Part shown: in pieces, positions 29,193-39,173 of the stretch | How positions within the stretch are numbered: position 1 is the stretch's first letter | Layout of the letters: each line of letters begins with the position of its first letter | Notes under the pieces: generated by a model | Told to the model about the DNA's origin: nothing | Databases searched by the model: none | What the model saw: only the letters and a program-made list of their open reading frames with translations | Position numbers and translations under genes: made by a program | Assembly (NCBI GenBank): GCA_964409365.1 | Contig: CAYPCX010000006.1 | Span: forward strand, 21,012 to 85,011 | Direction of reading: 5' to 3' | DNA: 64,000 nt | Source of the DNA: an uncultured Planctomycetia bacterium | Lineage (GTDB): Bacteria; Omnitrophota; Gorgyraeia; Tantalellales; Tantalellaceae

Positions 29193-29681
29193 TTACTTTT
29201 GAACGTCCGACTGCAGGGCTATCTTGCCGGTCCTCACTATCTCCAATATCCCGTAAGGACGCAAAAGCTCCACAAGCGCCTTTATCTTGTGTTCGTCACC
29301 GGATTCCTCCACGGTAAGGAATTTCTTGCCCACATCTATGACCTCGGCCCCGGTGGAATCCACGACCTGGACTATCTTCTCCCGGGTCTTCGTGTTCTCC
29401 GCTTTCACCTTGATAAGTATAAGTTCCCTGTCCACGTACTCGCCTCCCGTGAGGTCCTGTACCCGTATGACGTTTATCAGCTTGTTCAGCTGTTTCTTTA
29501 CCTGCTCCAGTATCTTTTCGTCCGCTTCGACGACTATGGTCATGCGTGAAACCGACGGGTCTTCCGTTTCACCGACCGCGAGCGAATCGATATTGAAACC
29601 TCTAGCGCTGAAAAGGCCCGCTATCCTCGCGAGCACGCCGAACTTATTCTCGACCAAAGCTGATATTACGAACTTGGACAT
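29193..29681 (-). CDS. ilvN: Acetolactate synthase small subunit
   Basis: [25 protein letters not shown]. Confidence 0.96.
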   Translation of the reverse strand: MSKFVISALVENKFGVLARIAGLFSARGFNIDSLAVGETEDPSVSRMTIVVEADEKILEQVKKQLNKLINVIRVQDLTGGEYVDRELILIKVKAENTKTREKIVQVVDSTGAEVIDVGKKFLTVEESGDEHKIKALVELLRPYGILEIVRTGKIALQSDVQK

Positions 29682-29705
29682 GGCTCACTCCTCTGTCTTC
29701 TGAAA

Positions 29706-31400
29706 TTACGCCAACCCGTGTATCATATTGTTGATGGTGCCGCCGGCCGGGACCATCGGAAAGACGTTCTCGTCTCTTTCCACGACAAAATCCATGACCA
29801 CGGGGCCTTTTTCCTTTATGGCGGCCTTGATAGCCTTTTTCACGTCAGCTTTCTTCGTGATCCTCATGCCTTTAGCTCCGTAACTTTCGGCAAGCTTCAT
29901 GAAATCAGGGCACGTCGTGCATCTTTCCTCGCCAAGGATCGTGAAAGCGTAACGTTTATCGAAGAACAGTTCCTGCCACTGCCGGACCATACCGAGACAC
30001 CCGTTATTCAGTATCGCTATCTTGACGGGTATCTTATTGATAACGGCCGTGGCCAGTTCCTGGATGTTCATCTGGATGCTCCCGTCCCCCGCTATATCGA
30101 ATACCACGCTGTCGGGCCTTCCGACCTGCGCGCCGATAGCGGCGGGAAAACCGTATCCCATCGTGCCCAGGCCGCCGCTCGAAAGCCAGGTCCTGGGCTT
30201 CGTGTAAGTGAAATACTGAGCCGCCCACATCTGGTTCTGGCCGACCTCGGTGCTGATGATAACGTTCTTATCCCTGGTCAGCCTGCATATCTCCTCTATA
30301 ACGTATTGCGGGCGGAGCTTGCCGTCGTCTTTATACTTGAGCGGCAGATCTTTTTTCCACTTCTTTATTTTCCCGTGCCAATCCTTGTAGCTGCCTTGTT
30401 TGACGTGTTTCAGCAGCTCTTTGAGGATATCCTTAGCGTCGCCGATCACGGGGATATCGACCTGCACGTTCTTGCTGACGCTGGCCGGGTCTATATCAAT
30501 ATGCACGATCATCGCGTGAGGCGCGAAGGTGTCTATCCTCCCGGTGACGCGGTCGTCGAACCTGGCTCCGATGGCGATTATCAGATCCGCGTCCTGTACC
30601 GCGTGGTTCGCGTAGGCCGTACCATGCATCCCCAGCATGCCCAGGCTCAGGGGATCGTCCTCCGGAAAACTGCCCAAACCCATCAACGTAGTGGTGACAG
30701 GTATATTGGCCTTTTTCGCCAGCTTAGTAAGCTCTCCGCTCGCCTCGGAAAGTATGACCCCTCCGCCCACGTAAAGTATGGGCTTTTTGCTTTTCGCGAT
30801 AGCTCTGGCTATCTTCTTTATCTGGCCTATATGCCCTTTATACGTGGGTTTGTATCCCTTTATGTCCACCGACTTGGGATATCTGAACTCGGCCTCATGC
30901 AGCTGGACATCCGACGGCAGGTCTATGAGCACGGGGCCGGGCCTGCCGGTCCTCGCGATGTGGAACGCCTCCTTGACCACCTTAGCCAGCTCTTTAACGT
31001 CTTTCACAAGATAGTTGTGCTTTGTTATAGGACGGGTGATACCCACTATGTCCGCCTCCTGAAACGCATCGTTACCTATCAAGGTGGACTTGACCTGGCC
31101 GGTGATCGCGACAATGGGTATGGAATCCATGTGCGCCGTCGCTATACCCGTAACAAGATTGGTAGCCCCGGGCCCCGATGTAGCCAGACACACCCCTACC
31201 TTACCGGTAGCACGGGCGTACCCATCGGCCGCGTGGACCGCTCCCTGCTCGTGACGCGTCAGGATAAAATTGATATTCTTCTCCTTGAAGAGCTTATCCC
31301 CCAGCGTAAGAACGGAGCCTCCCGGGTAACCAAAAATAACTGAAACCCCTTCCTCGCAAAGGCTTTTAACCATTATCTCAGCACCAGTAAGTTTAGCCAT
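29706..31400 (-). CDS. ilvB: Acetolactate synthase large subunit
   Basis: [27 protein letters not shown] and MVRQWQ motifs. Confidence 0.97.
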   Translation of the reverse strand: MAKLTGAEIMVKSLCEEGVSVIFGYPGGSVLTLGDKLFKEKNINFILTRHEQGAVHAADGYARATGKVGVCLATSGPGATNLVTGIATAHMDSIPIVAITGQVKSTLIGNDAFQEADIVGITRPITKHNYLVKDVKELAKVVKEAFHIARTGRPGPVLIDLPSDVQLHEAEFRYPKSVDIKGYKPTYKGHIGQIKKIARAIAKSKKPILYVGGGVILSEASGELTKLAKKANIPVTTTLMGLGSFPEDDPLSLGMLGMHGTAYANHAVQDADLIIAIGARFDDRVTGRIDTFAPHAMIVHIDIDPASVSKNVQVDIPVIGDAKDILKELLKHVKQGSYKDWHGKIKKWKKDLPLKYKDDGKLRPQYVIEEICRLTRDKNVIISTEVGQNQMWAAQYFTYTKPRTWLSSGGLGTMGYGFPAAIGAQVGRPDSVVFDIAGDGSIQMNIQELATAVINKIPVKIAILNNGCLGMVRQWQELFFDKRYAFTILGEERCTTCPDFMKLAESYGAKGMRITKKADVKKAIKAAIKEKGPVVMDFVVERDENVFPMVPAGGTINNMIHGLA

Positions 31401-31473
31401 GATCCCTCTCTTTGCCATCATATAATAGTCATTTCCTATATATTATAATCAACATGTCCGTATATGTTCAATA

Positions 31474-31503
31474 AGTATATAACACTTGTAAAGGTTTTGT
31501 CAA
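31474..31503 (-). promoter_or_regulatory. Putative sigma70 promoter for ilvBNC-leuA
   Basis: Minus strand TTGACA-18 nt-TATACT, immediately beyond the heptamer arm. Confidence 0.6.
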
Positions 31504-31507
31504 GAAA

Positions 31508-31556
31508 CAGGTTTCAAGTCACAGGTTGCAGGTTCCAGGTCGCGGATTCCAGGCTT
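31508..31556. repeat. Heptamer arm (CAGGTNN)n downstream of the four-helix-bundle gene
   Basis: caggttt caagtca caggttg caggttc caggtcg cggattc caggctt; encodes the last residues and the stop. Confidence 0.88.
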
Positions 31557-31915
31557 TTTAGAACCGCTTGCCGGAAACAATGCAGTTTCTTGCCCAAGTT
31601 TTCATATCTATTAAACAACGACTCGAATAATTCCCTTTGTTTTAGCGAACTGGTATCAAATAATAACTGAAGATGTTCTTTTGTTTCATCAACAGAAGCA
31701 AGCGCATATGTAAGGTATTTTACATATTCAAGTTTATATTTTTTCCGGCCAAAACCTTCCACGATCAAAGCAGGAATAGATTTCGAAGATCTTCTAACCT
31801 GACTTCCCCCTTCATACACTTCAAATCTAGGCAATCTTTTCAACGTCATTTCGTGTATTTCAACTGCCAGCTTATGGGAAAGGTCATATATTTCCAAATT
31901 TTGATAACTTTGCAT
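31514..31915 (-). CDS. Four helix bundle protein (23S rRNA IVP / Avd-like family)
   Basis: SYQNLEIY...LP.FE.YE..SQVRRSSKSIPALIVEGFGR...YLTYALASVDETKEHL family pattern; GAGGAG upstream; low GC. Confidence 0.9.
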   Translation of the reverse strand: MQSYQNLEIYDLSHKLAVEIHEMTLKRLPRFEVYEGGSQVRRSSKSIPALIVEGFGRKKYKLEYVKYLTYALASVDETKEHLQLLFDTSSLKQRELFESLFNRYENLGKKLHCFRQAVLKSLESATWNLQPVT

Positions 31916-31937
31916 AATATATCAAAACTCCTCGCCT

Positions 31938-32117
31938 GACTTGCGACTTGTGACTTGCGACCTGCGACTTGCGACCTGCGACTTGTGATACACACACATA
32001 TATAGACACCTTTTTTCATTTTTTCTTGAAAATAACTTAAAACTTGGGGCTTGCAACTTGGCGCCTGAGACTTGCGACCTGCGACTTGAGACCTGAGACC
32101 TGCGACCTGCGACTTGA
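31938..32117. repeat. Two heptamer blocks (GACTTGC/GACCTGC)n upstream of the four-helix-bundle gene
   Basis: 7 units at 31938-31988, an AT-rich spacer, then 12 units at 32034-32117 abutting the alr stop. Confidence 0.95.
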
Positions 32118-33239
32118 TCAATTTCTATAAACGCGGGGGACCCTGTCGGTCACGGAAGAAAGTATTTCGTAAGGGATAGTGCCGGCAAGCTTGGCTATTT
32201 TCTCTATAAGGATCTCCGCCTCGCCCTGCCTGCCCACCAGTACGACCTCATCCCCCACCCTGACGCCCTTGATATTGCCGACGTCGAGAAGCGTCTGGTC
32301 CATGGTCACCATGCCCACGACCCTCACGTACTGGCCTCTTACAAGCGCTTCGGCCTTGTTCGAAAGGATCCTTCCGTACCCGTCCGCGTACCCTATCGGT
32401 ATCGTGGCAATCCTGGTATGCCTCTGGGTAATATATGTACGGCCGTAGCTTATGGACCTGCCGGGCGGAGCCTCCTTGAGATGGACTATTTTGGTCTTCA
32501 GGTTCATCACGGGACGCAGTTTGAAATATCTGCGGAAACTTTCCTTGGGATACACGCCGTAGATAAGTATGCCGGGCCTTACCAGGTTAAGATGAGCTTT
32601 TTCCCAGTCAACGGTGGCTATACTGTTCGCCGCGTGCCTGTATTTTACTTTTATACCGGCTTTTTCCGTTCCGTCAAGGACCTTCTCGAAATCCCTGATC
32701 TGCATACGCGTTACCAGTTCATCTCGGCCGGCTGAGGAAAAATGCGTGTAAATGCCTTCCAGTTCTATCCCCTTGCGCGAGGCCGCTTCCTTAATGAAAG
32801 GAACGGCTTCCTCGTGCCACACTCCTATACGCCCCATGCCCGTATCGATCTTGACGTGGACCCTGGGCCTTATCTTCGACCTTTTAGCTAACTTTGAAAG
32901 TATCTCCAGAAGGTCGTCATTACACAAAGTAAGAGTTATATCCGCCCGGGAAGCCGCCTTCGCTTCTTCCTCGAGCACGGAACCAAGCACCAGTATGGGC
33001 GTTTTTATACCGGATGAGCGCAGTTTCAAGGCCTCGTCCACAGTGGCAACGCCCAGATAATCCACGCCGCCCTTGACAAGGACCTGGCTGATCCGGGAAA
33101 GCCCGTGCCCGTAAGCGTTAGCCTTTACAACGGCCATGATGTCCACACCGTCGGTGATCAGTTCCCTTATACAGGCCAGGTTCTGCCTTACGGCGCCGAG
33201 GTTTATCTCGGACCATGTGGGACGGTAGTGTTTATCCAT
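32118..33239 (-). CDS. alr: Alanine racemase
   Basis: AVVKANAYGHG, KIDTGMGRIG and GYADG motifs. Confidence 0.97.
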   Translation of the reverse strand: MDKHYRPTWSEINLGAVRQNLACIRELITDGVDIMAVVKANAYGHGLSRISQVLVKGGVDYLGVATVDEALKLRSSGIKTPILVLGSVLEEEAKAASRADITLTLCNDDLLEILSKLAKRSKIRPRVHVKIDTGMGRIGVWHEEAVPFIKEAASRKGIELEGIYTHFSSAGRDELVTRMQIRDFEKVLDGTEKAGIKVKYRHAANSIATVDWEKAHLNLVRPGILIYGVYPKESFRRYFKLRPVMNLKTKIVHLKEAPPGRSISYGRTYITQRHTRIATIPIGYADGYGRILSNKAEALVRGQYVRVVGMVTMDQTLLDVGNIKGVRVGDEVVLVGRQGEAEILIEKIAKLAGTIPYEILSSVTDRVPRVYRN

Positions 33240-33252
33240 GTATATCTCTGTA

Positions 33253-33297
33253 TTAGTTTCCGGTAACCAGATATCTGGTTACTGGTTACTGGTTACT
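33253..33297. repeat. Inverted heptamer array (GTAACCA / TGGTTAC)
   Basis: tagtttc cggtaac cagatat ctggtta ctggtta ctggtta; includes the tsaB stop. Confidence 0.85.
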
Positions 33298-33967
33298 TAT
33301 TAATATTACATTCCTTGGAATGCAAATACAAGGGTTCCAGGAACTCGGGGTCATCTGTCCCCGAACCTGATCTTTCCAGGCCCAGACGGCCTATGTCGGC
33401 CGCTCTGGGATGCCAGTCGATATCTTCGGAAAATCCTGCCAGATCACAATTTCCCAGCTTTTCCCTGTATTTCGGGACCCCGTTACCGAAAAACAGTACC
33501 CGCTCTTCCAGCCCGGCCAGGAGCTCTTCGATCGTCACGAGAAGATAGTCCGTCTTTCTGCTCGCAAATCCATCCGAACGTTCATAAATACAAGAATAGA
33601 CCTTCCCTTTATGCGCGTCCAAAAGCGGAGCTACCAGTTTCTTTTCCTCCCCATGAACGTTCATGACCATGGCATCCATACTGGGAACACCCAGTACCTT
33701 GACCGGAAGGACCGAGGCCAATCCCTTTACCGTAGCGGCCGCGATACGCAGCCCCGTAAAGGAACCCGGCCCCAGCCCCACGCAAACCAGTTCGATGACC
33801 TCTTTTCGCCACCCGGCTTCTTCCAGCAGGTTCTTTATGACCGGCACCAGTATCTCGCTGTGACGGATCCCCACATCCTCGTGGAACGACGCCCTTATTT
33901 CCCCTCCGTCGAGGCACGCCACGCTCAAATATCTGGTGGAAGTGTCAAACGCAAGTGCTCTCTTCAT
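33293..33967 (-). CDS. tsaB: t6A biosynthesis protein TsaB
   Basis: AFDTS, GPGSFTGLRI and EPLYL motifs. Confidence 0.95.
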   Translation of the reverse strand: MKRALAFDTSTRYLSVACLDGGEIRASFHEDVGIRHSEILVPVIKNLLEEAGWRKEVIELVCVGLGPGSFTGLRIAAATVKGLASVLPVKVLGVPSMDAMVMNVHGEEKKLVAPLLDAHKGKVYSCIYERSDGFASRKTDYLLVTIEELLAGLEERVLFFGNGVPKYREKLGNCDLAGFSEDIDWHPRAADIGRLGLERSGSGTDDPEFLEPLYLHSKECNINK

Positions 33968-34422
33968 AATAACTTATCGATAAGATCCGCGAACCTTCCG
34001 TTATTCGAACGGAACTCGAACTTTCTTTCGGTACTATAGCCGTGAAAGATATCTATCTCGAGATAGTCCTCGGGCAGGACGTCCCGTATCTTTTCGGCCC
34101 ATTCGACCACGGTGATGCCATCACCGTAGAAATACTTTTCATAATCAAGGGTGTCGCAGAAACTTTTCTCTTCCAGGCGATAAACGTCAAAATGATACAG
34201 TTTCTTCACGCCCGGATATTCCTTGAGAACGACAAAAGACGGGCTGTTCACGTGGAGGTAATCTTCGACCCCCAGACCTTTCGCCAGTCCTTTAACGAAA
34301 ACCGTCTTTCCCGTACCCAGGTCTCCGACCAGGGCCACAAGATCCCCTTCGCGAAGTTCTTTTGCCACGTTAGCCCCTAATTCGATCGTCTCTTCCGGCG
34401 AAAATGTCCTCATCTCCTTCAT
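33964..34422 (-). CDS. tsaE: t6A biosynthesis ATPase TsaE
   Basis: GDLGTGKT, VNSPSF, HFDVYR and VEW motifs. Confidence 0.95.
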   Translation of the reverse strand: MKEMRTFSPEETIELGANVAKELREGDLVALVGDLGTGKTVFVKGLAKGLGVEDYLHVNSPSFVVLKEYPGVKKLYHFDVYRLEEKSFCDTLDYEKYFYGDGITVVEWAEKIRDVLPEDYLEIDIFHGYSTERKFEFRSNNGRFADLIDKLL

Positions 34423-34426
34423 CACG

Positions 34427-34460
34427 CCTGACACCTGAGACCTGAAACCTGAAACCTAAA
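34427..34460. repeat. Heptamer array (CCTGANA) x4-5
   Basis: cctgaca cctgaga cctgaaa cctgaaa ccta (thiL stop in register). Confidence 0.88.
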
Positions 34461-35352
34461 CATGCCTGTATCCCTCCATCTTCAACTTGCTGAGGCGCGC
34501 TTCCTTTTCTATCAGTACGCGCTCGTTCTTCCTGCCTGTTATTTCGCCTATGACAAAATACTCAAGGGCTTTCGCGCGGGGCTTCATGTCCCGGAAAAGC
34601 CTTCTCGCCTCTTTAACTCCCATGGTAAAAAGAAGCTCGAAACTCTCCCCGTAATAAAGCGCCTCCCTGAGAGAAAGCCCCTTTGAAAGAGGGATGGCGT
34701 CAGCGTATAAAACGCATCCCGCGCGGCTGAGAGAGCATATCCTGCCGATATCGGGCGCTATGCCGTCGGAAGTGTCTATCATGGCGTTTATCCGGTAATT
34801 TTCCGAGAGAAAACGCGCCTCGACAAGACGCGGGATAAAATCGAGATGTTCTTTTTTGCCGTTCCTTACGGGCCCCGTCACGAGGATAAGGTCGCCTTTC
34901 TCCGCGCCGGAGCGCGTTAAAAGACGTTCCTTTTCCACGATCCCCAGGATGGAAACGTCTATCACCAGTTTCCCCGAACGGACGGTATCCCCGCCTATGA
35001 CCTTGACGCCGTACTCCCTGCATATGCCGAAGATCCCGTCGTATATCTTATCGACTGCCGTCCGCGCCATGCCGCGCGGCACCCCGATACTGACGGTAAC
35101 GTACTTCGGGAGACCTCCCATCGCCGCTATGTCGCTTATGTTCACCGCGACGGCTTTCCTGCCTATTTTCGCATACTCCGTATCCCCGGTCCGGAAATGA
35201 GTGCCGGAGACGAGCATGTCGGCCGCCCATAAAAGATACTCTCTCTTCGTGTGCTCAAGGACAGCGCAATCGTCGCCTATGCCCAGTTTTACGCCTTTGC
35301 CGGGCCTTCCCGCGCGCTTGCGTATCTTTTCAATTAATTCCAACTCTCTCAT
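34456..35352 (-). CDS. thiL: Thiamine-monophosphate kinase
   Basis: GIGDDCA, NISDIAAMGG, GGDT and DTSDG motifs. Confidence 0.94.
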   Translation of the reverse strand: MRELELIEKIRKRAGRPGKGVKLGIGDDCAVLEHTKREYLLWAADMLVSGTHFRTGDTEYAKIGRKAVAVNISDIAAMGGLPKYVTVSIGVPRGMARTAVDKIYDGIFGICREYGVKVIGGDTVRSGKLVIDVSILGIVEKERLLTRSGAEKGDLILVTGPVRNGKKEHLDFIPRLVEARFLSENYRINAMIDTSDGIAPDIGRICSLSRAGCVLYADAIPLSKGLSLREALYYGESFELLFTMGVKEARRLFRDMKPRAKALEYFVIGEITGRKNERVLIEKEARLSKLKMEGYRHV

Positions 35353-35355
35353 AAT

Positions 35356-35520
35356 AGTATATTCTGGGGACACGTCTGGTCGTCTACATGTCGTTCACAC
35401 AGACGTGTCCCCAGAACCTCAGTTTTGTCAATCTACATGTCGTTCACACAGACGTGTCCCCAGAACCTCAGTTTTGTCAATCTACATGTCGTTCACACAG
35501 ACGTGTCCCCAGAACCTCAG
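35356..35520. repeat. REP-like hairpin element, copy 3, with three tandem 49-bp units
   Basis: Units start at 35383, 35432 and 35481; the element end supplies the mtnA TGA. Confidence 0.95.
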
Positions 35521-36551
35521 TCCCCTATCATTCGTACTACTTTGCTCCTATTGGGCTTCCTTATAACCCCTTTTTCCGTGATGATCGCGGTGATAAGCCT
35601 GGCCGGCGTGACGTCAAAAGCGGGGTTCACGACATCGACCTTTTTCGGCGTAATGAACTTCCCGTTCACTTTTTTCACCTCAAGCGCGGGCCGTTCTTCA
35701 ATAGGGATGGACTTCCCGTTTTTCAGCGAAAGATCAAAAGTGGAAGCGGGCGCGGCCACATAGAACGGCACACGGTGAAACGCGGCAATCACTGACAAAC
35801 TGTACGTCCCTATCTTGTTAGCCGTATCTCCGTTAGCCGCTATACGGTCCGCCCCGACCACTATAGCGTCTATTTTCCCTTCCGCCATCAGCGAAGCGGC
35901 CATGTTGTCGCATAAAAGGACCGTGGGGACGCCTTCCCGCATGAGCTCCCAGGCCGTAAGGCGGGCACCCTGCAGGACGGGACGCGTCTCGTCCGCGTAC
36001 ACCTTTTTTATCTTTTTCCTGGCCGAAAATATCACTCCAAGCGCCGTGCCATACCCGCCGGTCGCCAGGCCGCCGGCGTTGCAGTGGGTAAGGACCCGCG
36101 CCGCCCTCGGCAGGAGCTTTTTCCCGTTCTTACCTATCGCGCGGCAGATCTTCACGTCTTCCCTTAGAACAGCGTGAGCCTCGTCAAGTATCAGGCGCTT
36201 CAGTTCCCTGACGGGCCTGGCCCTGTTCGTGTCGACCACGAAAGCCATCCGCTCCAGCGCCCAGAAAAGGTTCCTGGCGGTAGGACGCGAACTGGAAAGG
36301 TACTTGATCGTCGCGGCAAGCTCTTTCCTGAACGGCCGGATATCCTTTGCCCGGCTTTTCCTTATTCCCAGGTACACGCCGTACGCCCCGGCTATACCTA
36401 TCGCCGGAGCGCCTCTTATCTTCATGTGCCTGATAGCCGCCCACATATCCCCGCGGGTCCGGCAAGTCACGTATTTAAGTTTACCCGGCAGGAGCCTCTG
36501 GTCGATAAGTTCCACCCTGCCGTTCTTCCACCTTATAGGTTCCACGTTCAT
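35517..36551 (-). CDS. mtnA: S-methyl-5-thioribose-1-phosphate isomerase
   Basis: IRGAPAIG, THCNAG.LAT, ETRP..QG.RLT and NPAFDVTP motifs. Confidence 0.96.
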   Translation of the reverse strand: MNVEPIRWKNGRVELIDQRLLPGKLKYVTCRTRGDMWAAIRHMKIRGAPAIGIAGAYGVYLGIRKSRAKDIRPFRKELAATIKYLSSSRPTARNLFWALERMAFVVDTNRARPVRELKRLILDEAHAVLREDVKICRAIGKNGKKLLPRAARVLTHCNAGGLATGGYGTALGVIFSARKKIKKVYADETRPVLQGARLTAWELMREGVPTVLLCDNMAASLMAEGKIDAIVVGADRIAANGDTANKIGTYSLSVIAAFHRVPFYVAAPASTFDLSLKNGKSIPIEERPALEVKKVNGKFITPKKVDVVNPAFDVTPARLITAIITEKGVIRKPNRSKVVRMIGD

Positions 36552-36555
36552 ATCC

Positions 36556-37638
36556 TTACACTCCTATGTTCCTTATAAGAAATACAAGTATGACCATGCC
36601 CACATTATGGATAATATGCACGGTCATAGAGGGTACGAGCGATCCCGTCTTTTCGTAAAGGTACGCCAGAAGCATACCCAGGACCATTATCGGCAGGAAC
36701 CCGACTATATGCGTATGCAGGAACGAGAAGATGGCCGAAGTTATCACCATCGCCCAGAAGATACCTATACTCTTCTTGATGGCCTTGTACATGAAACCCC
36801 TGAAGAATATCTCTTCCGCTATGGGGCCGAAGACGGCCGCGAAAAGCGTGGAAAGCCATAGTATCGCCGTCTCCTTCTCCTCCATGAAGACCTGCACTAT
36901 CGGCTGGACGGGCGGTTTGTACGCCAGCCATTTCGTGACCAGGAAAGTCCCCACCATTATTAAAATAAGCACCGGCACCAGCGCCAGGTAGCCTATTACC
37001 GCGTAAAAGATCCCGCCGAGAACGCGCTTTCCGGTTATGCCTATCGCCTCTATATCCTGGCCGTGCTTACGGGTTATAAAATAAACGATGACGCTTATCC
37101 CCACCACGTTCATCATGGCGGTGTTGAAGATCATTCGGAAATTCTCGTTGCGCAGGATGGGAAAAAGGCCCGCGAAGAAGCTCTGTACGATAACGAATAC
37201 GTACCCGAAAGCAAGAAAGAGCAGCGTAACGCGCACGACGTCCCCGATCCCCCACTTCGGATCTTCCTGCTGCCGGATACGTATATCTACAGGCCTCTTT
37301 TTTACGAAACGTACGAGAAAATATACATCAAGACCGATCCCCACCAGCAACATAAAAATGATCGTAAGGTTCAAAAGGGCGAGGAACATATACAGGACAG
37401 GGTTCTCCTTGGCCAGCTTTTCGAGCTTCTCCTGGCGGGCTTCAGCGTCTTCCTCGCCGAACATCGCGGGCTTCTCCTGCGCGGGCTCTTCTTCGACCCG
37501 GACGGCGGCTTCCTTTTTTTCCCCGGCCTCCTGCACCTTCCGGTCAACGAAAACGAGCAGGTTTATCACCAGAATGAATACAACCAGCCAGAAATACAAC
37601 TTGTTATTTACTATCAGTTCCCGTATCTTACCTAACAT
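36556..37638 (-). CDS. CPBP family intramembrane metalloprotease (CAAX protease-like)
   Basis: EEIFFRG, FSFLH and HIIHN motifs; multiple TM helices. Confidence 0.9.
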   Translation of the reverse strand: MLGKIRELIVNNKLYFWLVVFILVINLLVFVDRKVQEAGEKKEAAVRVEEEPAQEKPAMFGEEDAEARQEKLEKLAKENPVLYMFLALLNLTIIFMLLVGIGLDVYFLVRFVKKRPVDIRIRQQEDPKWGIGDVVRVTLLFLAFGYVFVIVQSFFAGLFPILRNENFRMIFNTAMMNVVGISVIVYFITRKHGQDIEAIGITGKRVLGGIFYAVIGYLALVPVLILIMVGTFLVTKWLAYKPPVQPIVQVFMEEKETAILWLSTLFAAVFGPIAEEIFFRGFMYKAIKKSIGIFWAMVITSAIFSFLHTHIVGFLPIMVLGMLLAYLYEKTGSLVPSMTVHIIHNVGMVILVFLIRNIGV

Positions 37639-37677
37639 ATCTTCATAACCTCGTCGTCATCCTTGCACCCTGACACC

Positions 37678-37728
37678 GTCTTCTGTCTTCTGTCTTCTGT
37701 CCTCTGTCTTCTGTCTTCTGTCCTCTGA
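37678..37728. repeat. Heptamer array (YTCTGTC) x7
   Basis: ttctgtc ttctgtc ttctgtc ctctgtc ttctgtc ttctgtc ctctgaa. Confidence 0.95.
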
Positions 37729-37737
37729 AACAAGCCG

Positions 37738-39114
37738 TCATCCAACAGCATCGTAATACCTCAGCCTGAAACTGGCCCCCATTTCCTGCGCCATGCGCCT
37801 GCATTCGGAGACGTCCTCCTCGCCTACCATATCAAGGCACGTTACTTCGACCCCGATACCGTTAGCACGGCAGTTCTTTATAAAGTCAAGGATAGCCCCG
37901 TGAGCCGTTTCTCCGAACACGGAACGGCACAACTTGTCGTATTTCTCGGGTTCCGGCTCGTTAAGGCTTACCGATACCCGGTCTATCAGTCCTTTAAGTT
38001 CGTTCGCGATCACCCGCCCGTTGATCATATCGCCCTCGCCGTTAGTGACCATCCTGAGCCTTCCACCGGCCTTTTTGACGTAAGCGGCAACTTCCTTCAC
38101 GATGCCGAGACGCAGAGTAGGCTCACCGTAACCGCAGAACACTATCTCGTTATAGCGGGAGACATCCCCGATAGCGTCTATTATCTCTTCGGCAGAAGGG
38201 TCCTTGTCGAGCCGTAAATTATGGCCCTTGACAAAACTGGAATAATAACGCACGCAGAACGTGCACCTGTTGGTGCACCTGTTCGTCACGTTGATGTAAA
38301 GAGAATCCCTTATGGCATAGGCGATCTTACCGCCGCCCTTCAGGCCGAGCCGGAAAAGCCGGTTCGCGTTAAGTGTGGTGGCCTCCGCTATATCCTCCGG
38401 CGCGCGGCCATAGGCCGAAGCATACACCTCAAGAAGGTACTTTACGTTCCCCGGTTCGTTCCTCTTGCCTCTCAGAGGTTCGGGGGATATATACGGCGCG
38501 TCCGTCTCCAGGAGCAGCCGGTCCGGCGGTATCTCTTTTATCATCCCGCGGAGCTTATCCGCTTTCTCGAAAGTTATATTGCCCGCGAACGAGACATACA
38601 TCCCGAGATCCAGGATATCTTTAGCGAGCTTTGCGTCCCCGGAAAAACAGTGGACGACGCCGCGGGGCGCGAGATCGTCGCTTTCTTTCAGTATGTTCAC
38701 AAGGTCTTCTCCGGCATTACGGTTGTGGAGTATGACCGGGAAGTCAAGATCTCTGGCTATGGCGAGGCATCTTTTGAAAAGCTTTCTCTGATTCTCGGGA
38801 TCCGAATAACCCTTGTAATAGTCCAGGCCTATTTCGCCTATGGCTACCAGTTTATCGCTTTTAAGGGCTATGTCGCGAAGCTCGGATATCTGCGGATCCC
38901 CGGCCTTGTCGGCTTCGTGGGGATGTATACCGGCCGCGGCGAATACCGGGGCGTACTTCTCCGCCAGCTTTACCGCCGCACGCGTGCTCTCGATACTCGT
39001 ACCGGGCACGATAAATCGTACCACCCCGCTAGAGGCGGACCTTTTCAGGACCTCATCCAGATCATCCTTATAATCGGGAAAATCCAGATGGCAATGAGTG
39101 TCTACTAACTCCAT
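37738..39114 (-). CDS. tatD: TatD nuclease fused to a TatD-associated radical SAM domain
   Basis: DTHCHL, GEIGLDY and ETDAPY, followed by YINVTNRCTNRCTFC and FCGYGEPT. Confidence 0.92.
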   Translation of the reverse strand: MELVDTHCHLDFPDYKDDLDEVLKRSASSGVVRFIVPGTSIESTRAAVKLAEKYAPVFAAAGIHPHEADKAGDPQISELRDIALKSDKLVAIGEIGLDYYKGYSDPENQRKLFKRCLAIARDLDFPVILHNRNAGEDLVNILKESDDLAPRGVVHCFSGDAKLAKDILDLGMYVSFAGNITFEKADKLRGMIKEIPPDRLLLETDAPYISPEPLRGKRNEPGNVKYLLEVYASAYGRAPEDIAEATTLNANRLFRLGLKGGGKIAYAIRDSLYINVTNRCTNRCTFCVRYYSSFVKGHNLRLDKDPSAEEIIDAIGDVSRYNEIVFCGYGEPTLRLGIVKEVAAYVKKAGGRLRMVTNGEGDMINGRVIANELKGLIDRVSVSLNEPEPEKYDKLCRSVFGETAHGAILDFIKNCRANGIGVEVTCLDMVGEEDVSECRRMAQEMGASFRLRYYDAVG

Positions 39115-39126
39115 GTTAACGCCTCA

Positions 39127-39173
39127 TAGGTTTCAGGTTTCAGGTCTCAGGTTTCAGGTTTCAGGTTTCAGAT
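39127..39173. repeat. Heptamer array (CAGGTTT) x6
   Basis: taggttt caggttt caggtct caggttt caggttt caggttt cagat; includes the ogt stop. Confidence 0.95.

Noticed and set aside
29718-31343. Long plus-strand ORFs (e.g. 541 aa here, 464 aa at 61447, 363 aa at 26981)
   Set aside because: They are antisense shadows of well-supported minus-strand genes in GC-rich DNA and have no recognisable motifs.
31514-31915. Diversity-generating retroelement (Avd-like gene)
   Set aside because: No reverse transcriptase and no TR/VR pair with adenine-specific mismatches were seen in the window.
31846-32121. 91-aa ORF MIKSQVAGLRSQVAGRKSQ
   Set aside because: It is a translation of the heptamer arrays and overlaps the four-helix-bundle gene start; there is no independent sign of coding.
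35356-35520. Possible CRISPR array (repeats with a 49-nt period; also at 23362-23477)
   Set aside because: The units are identical end to end with no unique spacers, and there are no cas genes in the window.
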